From: Candidatus Magasanikiibacteriota bacterium
GTDB taxonomy: Bacteria; Patescibacteriota; Patescibacteriia; Magasanikbacterales; GWA2-37-8
Reading direction: 5' to 3'
DNA length: 64,000 nucleotides
NCBI GenBank assembly: GCA_016182085.1
Contig: JACOYB010000005.1
Span: 66,061-130,060 of the forward strand
This document shows, one piece after another, positions 39,694 through 48,198 of the stretch. The position numbers and the translations under genes were made by a program. Positions within the stretch are counted from its first letter, which is position 1. Every line of letters begins with the position of its first letter. The notes under the pieces are model-generated. The model saw only the letters and a program-made list of their open reading frames with translations. It did not search any database and was not told the origin of the DNA.

Positions 39694-40557
39694 TTATAAT
39701 ACCAACCCTTCCCGATTCTCTTCTTCTTTTCTATTTAGAATATACACATCGGCATTGTATTCGTCATTTCCCACAAACTCGGCTTTTTTGTCTAGGATAG
39801 CTTCCATAGGGGCGCATGTGGAGCAGCCATCACCCGCGGCGCATTTGTACCGTTCCAACTGACGGGCCAATTTTACTTGTCTGGCCACATCCAAAATTCT
39901 TTTATGAGAAGTTTCCAAATCCGGCAGTTCTTTAGGCGAAAGCTGGTCACTGCTATCCAAATACCAATAGCTGGCGCGGCTGGCTTGGCGTTTTTGACAG
40001 TTTTGTACCAAGAGCCTATAAATCGGCAGCTGCAATGATTCGCCGTCTTCTTCGCTCTTGCCGGTTTTAAAATCTATAATATGCACGCTATCGGTATCGG
40101 GCAGATACTCCAGCCAATCTATCTTGCCGCATAAAATAATACTATCCTCTTCGGATAACCAAAATTGCGGCAGATCCATTTGGATTTTTACCGCTAACCC
40201 CGAAATTGGCCCGGGATTATTCATTACCCGTCGTATCATGTCTTGGCCACGAGTTTTGTATTTATATTCTGTTTCCGGGCTGGTAAAACCGCCCTTTTTG
40301 CCGGTTACTTTACCCCAGACCTTTTCAAATTTATCCATCAGCGAATCGGAAAATCTGGAATGCTTAGGTAGTACCGATAATGATTCCAATACTTCATGCA
40401 CGGCCGAACCCAACGCCAAAGCCGGGCTTACTAATTTTATTTTATGATTGGTTTTTGGGTCGCGGTATACGTTTTTTAAGTAATACGCGCGCGGACAGCG
40501 TAAAAAATCGCTTATGGAACTATGCGATACCCAGGTAGCAGTATATTTATCGGGCAT
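39694..40557 (-). CDS. PD-(D/E)XK nuclease with Cas4-like Fe-S cluster cysteines (stand-alone)
   Basis: N-terminal RCPRAYYL. IDWLEY...IIDFKTGK is a PD-(D/E)XK core. C-terminal C-x5-C-x2-C (CAAGDGCSTC). No cas genes or array nearby. Confidence 0.6.
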   Translation of the reverse strand: MPDKYTATWVSHSSISDFLRCPRAYYLKNVYRDPKTNHKIKLVSPALALGSAVHEVLESLSVLPKHSRFSDSLMDKFEKVWGKVTGKKGGFTSPETEYKYKTRGQDMIRRVMNNPGPISGLAVKIQMDLPQFWLSEEDSIILCGKIDWLEYLPDTDSVHIIDFKTGKSEEDGESLQLPIYRLLVQNCQKRQASRASYWYLDSSDQLSPKELPDLETSHKRILDVARQVKLARQLERYKCAAGDGCSTCAPMEAILDKKAEFVGNDEYNADVYILNRKEEENREGLVL

Positions 40558-40562
40558 AAGTT

Positions 40563-40715
40563 ACAATTAAAAGTGTCATCCTGAATTTATTTGCAAGTTG
40601 AGTGAGAGAAAAGTAAATTTTTACTTTTCCGAACGAGCGAAGCAAATATGTTTTAACTATATTTCAGGATCCCCCTGATACCATAAGATCCCGAAACAAG
40701 TTCGGGATGACAGCT
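40563..40715. repeat. Composite palindromic intergenic element (TGTCATCC...GGGATGACAG termini), containing one copy of the GAGTGAG-hairpin-CGAACGA module
   Basis: Terminal inverted motifs gtgtcatcctgaa and ttcgggatgacag. Internal hairpin GATCCCGAAACAAGTTCGGGATG. Internal module GTTGAGTGAGAGAAAAGTAAATTTTTACTTTTCCGAACGAGCGAAG is homologous to the ftsA-upstream tandem repeat. Confidence 0.6.
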
Positions 40716-40881
40716 AGGAATCCAAGGCATCGGCTACAGCGTCTTCTTCGCTTTCGCCTTCATCAAGAAGCCGCACTGCTTTGGCTGCCTGCTCTTCATC
40801 TAAATTAAAATCACTCATCAGTTCGTCAACCGCGGCAGCGACATCTTCTACCGGTTTTTCTTCATCAATTTGATTTTGCAT
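40714..40881 (-). CDS. Small acidic protein (55 aa, hypothetical)
   Basis: ORF MQNQIDEEKPVEDVAAAVDELMSDFNLDEEQAAKAVRLLDEGESEEDAVADALDS, found by hand and below the ORF-track cutoff. Its stop codon lies inside the palindromic element. Confidence 0.3.
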   Translation of the reverse strand: MQNQIDEEKPVEDVAAAVDELMSDFNLDEEQAAKAVRLLDEGESEEDAVADALDS

Positions 40882-41117
40882 ATATTTTTATATTAATTAT
40901 TAAAATTAAAAATTTTTAGTTCGGACATATTCATTTTTTCCCCCATCTCCACTCCGGTTTTTCACCTGTATAATAGCAGATTATAATTAAAATTACAGTG
41001 GATAAAATAAACGGCTTACCAACCTTATCTTACCCGAAAAATAAATTCGTGGCAACATTGACTTTGCTCACTCAGAAGAGTCTGGTGGAACTTATGCAAG
41101 AAAAAGACAAAAAAATT

Positions 41118-41654
41118 TTAATTTAAAGTGAGCAGGCCTGATTTTTCTAAAATATCCTGCCATCTTTTCATTTGATTTTCAGTAAGCCAAGAAAAAACCG
41201 GAATAAATTCCTCTTCCGGCGCGCTTGCTTTATTCTGCTCTTCAATCATTTTTTCAATTACTTCATCAGTTAGCGCGCCATCGTTATTTACAGGATTAAT
41301 TTCGGAAATGGATTCCAACTCATTTTGCTGCATTTGTTTCTCTAAATTTCTAACTTTTATGGCTTTCTGAAACAACACTTTCATTCTGAAACCTTTATCT
41401 AAAATATAGCTATCAACCGCTTCGGCATATAATGATTCAAAATCTTTAATGTGTTCCAAATGTCTTTCTTTATATCCTTTTATCGAGCTTTCACTAATAG
41501 TTATCGCGTCTTCCTCTGAAACTGGAGGCAAACTTAATAACATCATATCCTTTTCTAGGGATTTTTCGCCATCTCTGCAGAATTCTTCAATAAGATTTCT
41601 TAACTGCTTAACTTCTTCAAATTTTTTCTCCATCTTATTTCTTTCGCCTTCCAT
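41118..41654 (-). CDS. Hypothetical coiled-coil protein
   Basis: The long ORF reads through tRNA-Thr. Trimmed to the internal Met (MEGERNK...) downstream of the tRNA. No recognised domain. Confidence 0.45.
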   Translation of the reverse strand: MEGERNKMEKKFEEVKQLRNLIEEFCRDGEKSLEKDMMLLSLPPVSEEDAITISESSIKGYKERHLEHIKDFESLYAEAVDSYILDKGFRMKVLFQKAIKVRNLEKQMQQNELESISEINPVNNDGALTDEVIEKMIEEQNKASAPEEEFIPVFSWLTENQMKRWQDILEKSGLLTLN

Positions 41655-41680
41655 AAAAAAAATATTTACAGTTATACTAG

Positions 41681-41753
41681 AGCCGAGAATGGGGATCGAA
41701 CCCACGACCTGCGGTTTACGATACCGCTGCTCTACCAGCTGAGCTATCTCGGC
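41681..41753 (-). tRNA. tRNA-Thr (anticodon CGT)
   Basis: Hand-folded cloverleaf: acceptor GCCGAGA/TCTCGGC, D-arm GCTC-AGCTGGTA-GAGC, anticodon stem GCGGT/ACCGC with loop ATCGTAA, T-arm GTGGG-TTCGATC-CCCAT. CCA is not encoded. Confidence 0.85.
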
Positions 41754-41759
41754 GTAATT

Positions 41760-41872
41760 CCTTGAGCGGACGATGGGAATCCCCGCCCGCCATCGCAAGC
41801 TTGAGCTTGTTTAGGCGTTGCGGGCGGGGAACCCACGACTCAACCTTGCCTGCCCGCCAGCGCTTCGTTTGA
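41760..41872 (-). other. GC-rich degenerate tRNA-like fragments (pseudo-tRNA remnants)
   Basis: The minus strand contains GTCGTGGGTTCCCCGCCCGC and GGGGATTCCCATCGTCCGCTCAAGG, which resemble T-arm/acceptor halves of the flanking tRNAs. No complete cloverleaf could be folded. Confidence 0.35.
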
Positions 41873-41942
41873 GCGAGTGAAGGGAATCGAACCCTCATCT
41901 CAACCTTGGGAAGGTTGCATACTGCCACTATACTACACTCGC
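41873..41942 (-). tRNA. tRNA-Gly (anticodon CCC)
   Basis: Acceptor GCGAGTG/CACTCGC, anticodon stem CAACC/GGTTG with loop TTCCCAA, T-arm GAGGG-TTCGATT-CCCTC. CCA is not encoded. Confidence 0.8.
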
Positions 41943-42010
41943 GCAGGCGAAGCGGGCGGGGGAGAAGGTCGCGTATTACCATTACACTACGCCCGCATGC
42001 ACAGAGGCTC

Positions 42011-42039
42011 TCCGATTAAAGCGGAGAGCCTCCTTGAGC
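42011..42039. terminator. GC-rich stem-loop (terminator candidate) between the tRNA cluster and the PPIase gene
   Basis: GAGGCTCTCCG-ATTAAAG-CGGAGAGCCTC is a perfect 11-bp stem, followed by an A/T-rich tract on the plus strand. Confidence 0.45.
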
Positions 42040-42053
42040 ATTATTAAATTGTA

Positions 42054-43091
42054 TTATTCTGCCTGCGCATCCTGTTCGGCAAACGGATCATGTACCTTGA
42101 TATATAATTTAGGCTTGTTATTTTTAATAGTCTCATCAAGATAGCTAATCAAGTCTGGCAGTTTGAAAAATATATGGCTAGCCCGAAGCTGCTCCTCATT
42201 TTGAGTTTTTCCATTTTCATCTTTTACACTCTCGGTCTTACGATCATCAAGTTTAATAATATGGAAACCATAGATACTTTCTACCACTGTCGGGTATACT
42301 TCTCCTTTCTTGAGAGAGAAAACCGCTGTCTCAAATTCGGGAACCATTCTTCCTTTTCCAAACCAACCAAGATCTCCGCCGGTTCCTTTGGTGCTATCAC
42401 CATTGTACTGCTTGGCAAGCGCGGCAAAATCAGCGCCTTTTTTAACTTCTTCCAAAACCTCTTGCGCTTTTGCCTTCAAAGATTCCTTGACAGACGGATC
42501 TTCTTGCATCTTTTTAGCCAGTTTGCTCTGTAAAATAAACGGACGAATCACCTTTTGCTCATAATCGGCAAAGCTCCACCCATATCTTTTCATCAGTTCT
42601 TCTTCAAGCGCGGCTTCATCTTTAAACTGGGCGCGCATTTGATCTTTAAGATTATTAACGTCTTGTTCTTCAACGCTAACTTCGTATTGTTTGGCCGCTT
42701 CTTCAACCAACAAGTTATTTATCAAACGCCACAACACCTGATCGCTCATCTGATCTTCAGTAAGATCTGCTCCCGGACTTCGTTCCAGCGGAACCCCATT
42801 TGCTCGTTGGGTCACATCATAATCTCGCATCGCTCGAATAGCTTTTAAATCTTCGCTATATCTAACATAGGAAATTGTATCATCGCCAACTTTTACAGCC
42901 GGTAAGCGCAGCGTCTTGGCTACAGCCAAAGTGAACTTATCAGAAGCTGCTTTGGCATATACCCGATAGACTCCAAAACCTACCGTACCGACAAGAAGCA
43001 AAGCTGCGGCTCCCAATACAATAAAAAGCTTTGGGGATGCCATTTTGACTGAATTTGTATTTTTCTCTCCAGCCGCATTTATTTCTGACAT
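42054..43091 (-). CDS. Parvulin-type peptidyl-prolyl cis-trans isomerase, membrane anchored (PrsA/SurA-like)
   Basis: N-terminal TM anchor. C-terminal PpiC domain FAALAKQYNGDSTKGTGGDLGWFGKGRMVPEFETAVF...GFHIIKL. Confidence 0.75.
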   Translation of the reverse strand: MSEINAAGEKNTNSVKMASPKLFIVLGAAALLLVGTVGFGVYRVYAKAASDKFTLAVAKTLRLPAVKVGDDTISYVRYSEDLKAIRAMRDYDVTQRANGVPLERSPGADLTEDQMSDQVLWRLINNLLVEEAAKQYEVSVEEQDVNNLKDQMRAQFKDEAALEEELMKRYGWSFADYEQKVIRPFILQSKLAKKMQEDPSVKESLKAKAQEVLEEVKKGADFAALAKQYNGDSTKGTGGDLGWFGKGRMVPEFETAVFSLKKGEVYPTVVESIYGFHIIKLDDRKTESVKDENGKTQNEEQLRASHIFFKLPDLISYLDETIKNNKPKLYIKVHDPFAEQDAQAE

Positions 43092-43112
43092 ATGTAATAA
43101 TTTACTTTTTAA

Positions 43113-43505
43113 TTAATTGAAAAAATACTTATACCATTTCTTGTAATTGGAAACGTTATCCCATTTTAACACAGCCGTATTCTCTTGTCTATTCTCTGCG
43201 CCTACCTCTTGCGGCACTACCACTACATGTTCGCCAGGCTTTGCCAGATTAAGCTCTGTACGCGCCTTTTCTTCGGCAAAACTATCGGATTGTACATATT
43301 TAAGCACGCCTAAGAGCTCCATTTTTTTAGATTCTAATTTTTCTGTCTGTTCTTCTAAATAGGCTATTTCCTGGCGCACCAAATAATCCTGATAGTAAGC
43401 GCGGGCATATTCAAACGTTACCATCACTGCCACGATAGCCACAATCAAGACAAATAGTTTTGACTTGAAGAAATGTTTCCAACCATCTTCTCTTACGGAA
43501 GGCAT
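43113..43505 (-). CDS. Septum formation initiator (FtsB/DivIC-like)
   Basis: 130 aa: N-terminal TM helix, coiled-coil (LEEQTEKLESKKMELL) and C-terminal ELNLAKPGEHVVVV, typical of FtsB/DivIC. Confidence 0.65.
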   Translation of the reverse strand: MPSVREDGWKHFFKSKLFVLIVAIVAVMVTFEYARAYYQDYLVRQEIAYLEEQTEKLESKKMELLGVLKYVQSDSFAEEKARTELNLAKPGEHVVVVPQEVGAENRQENTAVLKWDNVSNYKKWYKYFFN

Positions 43506-43542
43506 ATTTCTTAAAAATCTAACGATTAGGATTTATATTATA

Positions 43543-44178
43543 TCACTTACTATTTTGAGCATTCAAATTAGGCTCAAGCTGTTCATTTATCAGTCTTTTT
43601 ACTTCTTGTAAATCACCATCCGGCAGACTCGGGATTATTCTAATGAAATTATTATAAATCACCCGGCTGTTTGATACTTTAATATCTTGTTTGTACTGCT
43701 GACTGACGTCCGAAAGCAGGTTTTGGATCTGCGCCGGATTATGAATATGAAAAATTTCCAAAGCAAAATTTTCACTTTTTGTAATAATGGACACGCCGCC
43801 TACATTAAACAAACTTTGCCAAATCCCTTTTTTTCTTATGGCTATATCTTTAATATCCAAATAATTAACCGAGGAAATAATTTCATCAAACCAGCCTAAG
43901 CGATGAATATCTACGGCTCGGGAACTGGTAACTACCAGCATATTGCCCCGATTTTTAAGCAGGGCGCTTAAGATAAAATAAAAACCAAGCAACATGCCCA
44001 CGACATAAATGACATCTCCCCACCAACTGTAAAAAAATAAACGGAACATGAAAAAGGAACTGGCGAGCAAAAACGCCCCGCCTAGCATGTATTTCCATAC
44101 ATAGGCAAGTACATACGGCCGCACAACCATAATGATTTTTTCCTCGTCTTTGAGATTTATTTTTTTGGCGAGTGACAT
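43543..44178 (-). CDS. Membrane protein with bacterial PH (bPH_2/YdbS-like) domain
   Basis: Two adjacent TM helices followed by a ~100-aa soluble region. Architecture resembles YdbS/YdbT. Confidence 0.4.
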   Translation of the reverse strand: MSLAKKINLKDEEKIIMVVRPYVLAYVWKYMLGGAFLLASSFFMFRLFFYSWWGDVIYVVGMLLGFYFILSALLKNRGNMLVVTSSRAVDIHRLGWFDEIISSVNYLDIKDIAIRKKGIWQSLFNVGGVSIITKSENFALEIFHIHNPAQIQNLLSDVSQQYKQDIKVSNSRVIYNNFIRIIPSLPDGDLQEVKRLINEQLEPNLNAQNSK

Positions 44179-44179
44179 A

Positions 44180-45475
44180 TTATTTTTTAACCTCTAAAAG
44201 TATTTCTCGCGCTACTTTACGATCATCCCAAGGGATTTTCTTACCGCCCGCAATCCCAATAAATGGCTCCGTGCCTTTAGCTGTAATCACAACCACATCG
44301 CCCGCCCTAGCCAAAGAAATTGCCTTGGCGATTCCATTTCGCCTATCTACCTCAATAAATAAATTTTCATTATCTTTTTTGCCTGCTTCGCGCGCCCCCT
44401 TGGCCAGCATTTCCGCTATTTCATGAGGGTCTTCGTCATAACAATTTACGTCTGTTACTACCACATAATCCGTGAGTCGTCCGGCAATCTCACCCATTTT
44501 CTCTCTTTTGCCCTTGTCGCGGCCGCCGCCATCGGATCCGACTACGGAAATAACTTTTTTATCCGGCCCAACCATTTGGCGTAAACTTTTAAATAATTCT
44601 GTTAAACTCATGGGTTCATGCGCATAATCTACAATTACTTTAAAATCTTGGCCCGCCTCTACCATTTCCATGCGTCCCTCAACTAACTTTACACTGCTAA
44701 GCCCTGCCGATATTTTGTCTAAAGAAATATTTTGCGACTTAGCTACAGCTACAGCTGCCAAGGCATTATACACATTAAACTCTCCTAAAATATTTAATCT
44801 ATACGTAGCGCCTTCAGCTTCAAAATCTACACCACTATTATCAGACGATACAATACGACCAGCCACATTTGGAACTTGCGGTCTTGTGTTTGTTTCTTTT
44901 ATGCTAAAAGTAAATTTTTTATCAGCTGCAAATTGCAGATAATAATCGGCATTTTTATCATCAATACTCGCCACAATGACTTTTGGCACTTTCTGCCCGC
45001 CTAACACTTTGTTTTTTGTTTTCGTGAGCTCGGCAAAAATCTTACCTTTATCTCTTTTTAAATTTTCAAATCCGCCATGACGTTCGTGATGTTCGGTGCC
45101 TAGGTTGGTAAATACCACGACATCGTAGAGCAAGCCAAAATGGCGATACTGCAAAATACCTTCGGAAGATGTCTCCACCACCACATATTTGCACTCAGCT
45201 TCCACCATTTGTTTTAACATGCTCTGAATCTGCCCGCGGCCAAGCATGGTCATTTTCTTATCATTAAGCCAGCGTTTTTCTCCAATTTGAAATTCAACGG
45301 TACTTAGCAGACCAACTTTAAAACCACCCGCTTCCAAAGCCGAAGCTATAAGGCGGCAGGTCGTAGTCTTGCCTTTTGTGCCCGTGACACCCACGACAAT
45401 TAATTTGCGAGCCGGGCGTCCATAACGCCAATACGCAAGCCAGGCCAGAAACAAATGTATAAATTTTTTTAACAT
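44180..45475 (-). CDS. Mur ligase family protein (MurE/MurF-like)
   Basis: IVVGVTGTKGKTTT is a Mur ligase P-loop, with central and C-terminal Mur ligase regions. 431 aa. Confidence 0.75.
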   Translation of the reverse strand: MLKKFIHLFLAWLAYWRYGRPARKLIVVGVTGTKGKTTTCRLIASALEAGGFKVGLLSTVEFQIGEKRWLNDKKMTMLGRGQIQSMLKQMVEAECKYVVVETSSEGILQYRHFGLLYDVVVFTNLGTEHHERHGGFENLKRDKGKIFAELTKTKNKVLGGQKVPKVIVASIDDKNADYYLQFAADKKFTFSIKETNTRPQVPNVAGRIVSSDNSGVDFEAEGATYRLNILGEFNVYNALAAVAVAKSQNISLDKISAGLSSVKLVEGRMEMVEAGQDFKVIVDYAHEPMSLTELFKSLRQMVGPDKKVISVVGSDGGGRDKGKREKMGEIAGRLTDYVVVTDVNCYDEDPHEIAEMLAKGAREAGKKDNENLFIEVDRRNGIAKAISLARAGDVVVITAKGTEPFIGIAGGKKIPWDDRKVAREILLEVKK

Positions 45476-45482
45476 AACAAAA

Positions 45483-46058
45483 CTATTGTCTCAAACTGAC
45501 TTCATATAAAACCTGCTCCAATTTATGCAGAGCTTGTTTAGCTTGATCAAATTTCTGGCGGTTATAACCGGTTAAATTCATATCAACGAGTTCGCCAATA
45601 ATTTCGTCGGCCGCAGCTCGGCATCTTTTTACTTCTTCAAACTTTTTTTCCGTAGCCGATTTTATGGCATAACGCAAAAGTTCTCCGGGCACATCGCACA
45701 AACCGCCAACAAAAATATCCGTGTCTATCTTGATTTTGGGCAACTTGCCGATAGTTTTCTTCTGCAGATAGCGATTAAACAAAGACGCTTCCACAAACTC
45801 TTCCAAGGCTGCTTTATACGATCCTTCCTCAAAAATTCCCGGCTCTTTCTTATGTTTAATGTTTAAATCCACAATAATTTTTTCCGCCTGAGATAAAAGC
45901 TGCTGAGCTTCACCGGCATCATCTCTTTGCATGGCAAAAATCGCTTTCTTGGAAAGAAACTGCGCCTGGCTGGATTCTTTTATTACTTCCTGCCGCTTAG
46001 CCGCATAGCCCAACAATTCTTGCCGCACTTCGTTAAAATATTTTTTGTCTAGTGTCAT
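45483..46058 (-). CDS. Translin-family protein (putative)
   Basis: 191 aa all-helical protein. GGLCDVPGELLRYAI resembles the translin DxxGELxR catalytic motif. Recognition is from memory. Confidence 0.4.
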   Translation of the reverse strand: MTLDKKYFNEVRQELLGYAAKRQEVIKESSQAQFLSKKAIFAMQRDDAGEAQQLLSQAEKIIVDLNIKHKKEPGIFEEGSYKAALEEFVEASLFNRYLQKKTIGKLPKIKIDTDIFVGGLCDVPGELLRYAIKSATEKKFEEVKRCRAAADEIIGELVDMNLTGYNRQKFDQAKQALHKLEQVLYEVSLRQ

Positions 46059-46084
46059 AAAAATCTTAATTTTTTGTCATTTCC

Positions 46085-46160
46085 AACTTGATTGGAAATC
46101 CAGCGCCCAAACAAATTGTCTGGATTCCCGCTTGCGGCGGGAATGACAGTGAATTATTCT
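46085..46160. repeat. Palindromic intergenic element, same family as the 40.6 kb and 54.1 kb copies
   Basis: tgtcatttccaacttgattggaaatccag...ctggattcccgcttgcggcgggaatgacag, with terminal TGTCATTTCC / GGGAATGACAG inverted motifs and two internal hairpins. Confidence 0.6.
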
Positions 46161-47155
46161 TTTTCTAAATTTTTTATATAATCAGGTATTTCGCGTTCGC
46201 CTTTGCTCTCTAACCAATACCACCACTCGGCCCCCCATAAGTACGCGCGCGGCATGCCGGTCTTATCGGCAAATCGTATATTTTTCTTCAATCTCTCCAA
46301 ATTCATTGACTTAAACTGTTCATCTACCGACGCGTCCGCTAATTTTTTATCCGGAATCCAAGGTTCAGCTTGAAGTTCGGTAATGTAAGCAGCATTTATA
46401 TCACGGCCATTTAACCATAATTTTGCTTTGTAAACAAACGCCGGCATAATCCAATCATAACTAAAATATCCCAAAGTTTGGTTCCAAACTACTCTATACA
46501 TGGTAGTGCCAAAAAGATCCGCGGCCTTGGCTGTATGTCTCCACAGGCTTAACTCGCCGCTGTCAGTCACGATAACTGGATGGTTTGGATCTAAACTTTT
46601 TACCAAACCAACTTCTTGTTTCAGGTCCTCATCAGACATTGGCATACAGTCGCCAAAACGAAGAAATGGCTCATTTTCTACTTGCCAAACTTCTAAAGCC
46701 GGGTGATTTTTATACTTCTTTATAACCGCCCTCATAAAATTTTCCAACTCTGGTTTGTATAGTGCCGCACTGGCAGAATCAACCCAACTTGGATCATGAC
46801 ATTCGGGCCAGCGCGGTGTTTTGTGGCCTATGGCCAAGACTACTTTTGCATTTTTTTTCGCGCTCTGGTCCATCATCCAATCTAAGTCGCGAAAATCATA
46901 ATCACCTTTCGTTCTTTCTATTAAATTCCATTGCGCCGATAAACGAATATGTTTAAAATTCCAATCTTGCAAAATTTTACTAAAAACAACCCTCGGATCA
47001 AAACCAAGATATTGCGCGTACTCGGTATTAAAACTGACTCCATAAATCATAGTGCCACTTCTTTTAAAATTTTTTATCTTAACAACTAAGAAAACGAGAC
47101 CGAGCGCAAGTGCTATATAAACTATAATTACCAGAATTAATTTTGACCGATTCAT
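46154..47155 (-). CDS. Glycoside hydrolase, clan GH-A (TIM barrel, NEP motif) with N-terminal membrane anchor
   Basis: N-terminal TM helix. LEVWQVENEPF provides the catalytic acid/base NEP signature. Start trimmed to the Met of MNRSKL to avoid a 35-nt overlap with the EamA gene. Confidence 0.5.
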   Translation of the reverse strand: MNRSKLILVIIVYIALALGLVFLVVKIKNFKRSGTMIYGVSFNTEYAQYLGFDPRVVFSKILQDWNFKHIRLSAQWNLIERTKGDYDFRDLDWMMDQSAKKNAKVVLAIGHKTPRWPECHDPSWVDSASAALYKPELENFMRAVIKKYKNHPALEVWQVENEPFLRFGDCMPMSDEDLKQEVGLVKSLDPNHPVIVTDSGELSLWRHTAKAADLFGTTMYRVVWNQTLGYFSYDWIMPAFVYKAKLWLNGRDINAAYITELQAEPWIPDKKLADASVDEQFKSMNLERLKKNIRFADKTGMPRAYLWGAEWWYWLESKGEREIPDYIKNLEKE

Positions 47156-47156
47156 A

Positions 47157-48110
47157 TTATGAAAGCACAAGCAACAATAAACCAAACGCAATAATAATTA
47201 TGGCCGCCGCCTTATGTATTACCTGCCGCCTGGTGAAAGTTTCTTTTAGAATAAATGGAAAGAATTTTGAAATAATAGCTACAAAAATAATAAGCAGAGC
47301 ATACTGCACCCCCGACATGGCGTTAACAAGCGATACGCTGCCAAGCGACATGGCATATTGCAATAAAATTGTAGCCACCACGCCCAAACCAACTCCCAAA
47401 CCAACAAACAATACTTGTTTCTTTTTCGGCATCTTTTCCGGGAGCGCATCTGGTTTTTTAATAAATAACGCGCGCACATCCGCGTTTAAGAGCAGCAGTG
47501 AAGCGGCAAAAATTCCGATGGGCAATTTTGTCCAAACAAAACCGCTAATAAAACCGTAGCTGTCAAAGGCATACTTGGAAGCAACGTGAGAAATAGCAAA
47601 CAAGAGTCCGGATAGTACAGCCCACCCCAAACCATCATGCCACATACCGGATGTTTGTTTTTTCTCAAACGAAATAATGAGGGAACCAAGAATTAAAAAT
47701 CCAGCGCCAATTAACGATTGCCCGGTTAATTGTTCGTATAAAAAAATCCGGCTGAGGAATAAAATAAAAAAAGGAGCTACGGCGCCGATAAGCGGACTGG
47801 CACGGCTTACTTCGCTTTCTTGGATCGCGTTATACATGGCCCATAAGGCAAAGAAGAAACATCCTCCGGAAATAATAAATATTAAATAATCGGTCCAGAC
47901 AGAGGGCATATAGACAAACCCAAACGGCAGGACAAGAAAAAATGCCAGGATAAAAATAGTGGAGTAAAAAACGAAAACAACCGGTTTGGAAACCGTTTTG
48001 GTAAGGATAAATTTATCGGTAACGCCCACGGCGGCCAAAACAGCATTCCCTAGTAGGGCTACAAGTATTGACATATATTGATTTAATAATTTTAACATTA
48101 AACCGCGCAA
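47157..48110 (-). CDS. EamA/DMT family transporter
   Basis: 317 aa, 10 predicted TM helices in two 5-TM halves. Confidence 0.6.
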   Translation of the reverse strand: MRGLMLKLLNQYMSILVALLGNAVLAAVGVTDKFILTKTVSKPVVFVFYSTIFILAFFLVLPFGFVYMPSVWTDYLIFIISGGCFFFALWAMYNAIQESEVSRASPLIGAVAPFFILFLSRIFLYEQLTGQSLIGAGFLILGSLIISFEKKQTSGMWHDGLGWAVLSGLLFAISHVASKYAFDSYGFISGFVWTKLPIGIFAASLLLLNADVRALFIKKPDALPEKMPKKKQVLFVGLGVGLGVVATILLQYAMSLGSVSLVNAMSGVQYALLIIFVAIISKFFPFILKETFTRRQVIHKAAAIIIIAFGLLLLVLS

Positions 48111-48130
48111 AGGGCAATTAAATTACGCGC

Positions 48131-48194
48131 TTGACAGAGCGCCCTAGTATGTTACAAATACAGTATCGCTTCCGCAGTATGGAAGCTGGAGGGG
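48131..48194 (+). promoter_or_regulatory. Putative promoter (TTGACA...TACAAA) and strong Shine-Dalgarno (GGAGGGG) of the GC-rich orphan gene
   Basis: TTGACA at 48131-48136, 16-nt spacer, TACAAA. GGAGGGG lies 4 nt upstream of the ATG at 48199. Confidence 0.3.
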
Positions 48195-48198
48195 AACC

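Noticed and set aside
35800-41660. Calling the island a prophage
   Set aside because: No integrase, terminase, capsid or tail gene is recognisable. Only the ImmA/XRE module and the Cas4-like nuclease are phage-associated. It is kept as an island of uncertain origin.
41716-41982. 88-aa ORF across the tRNA cluster and the N-terminal 48 codons of the 41118-41798 ORF
   Set aside because: Both read through GC-rich tRNA genes and tRNA-like debris (Arg/Pro/Ala-rich translations). The ORFs are artefacts. The real CDS starts downstream of tRNA-Thr.
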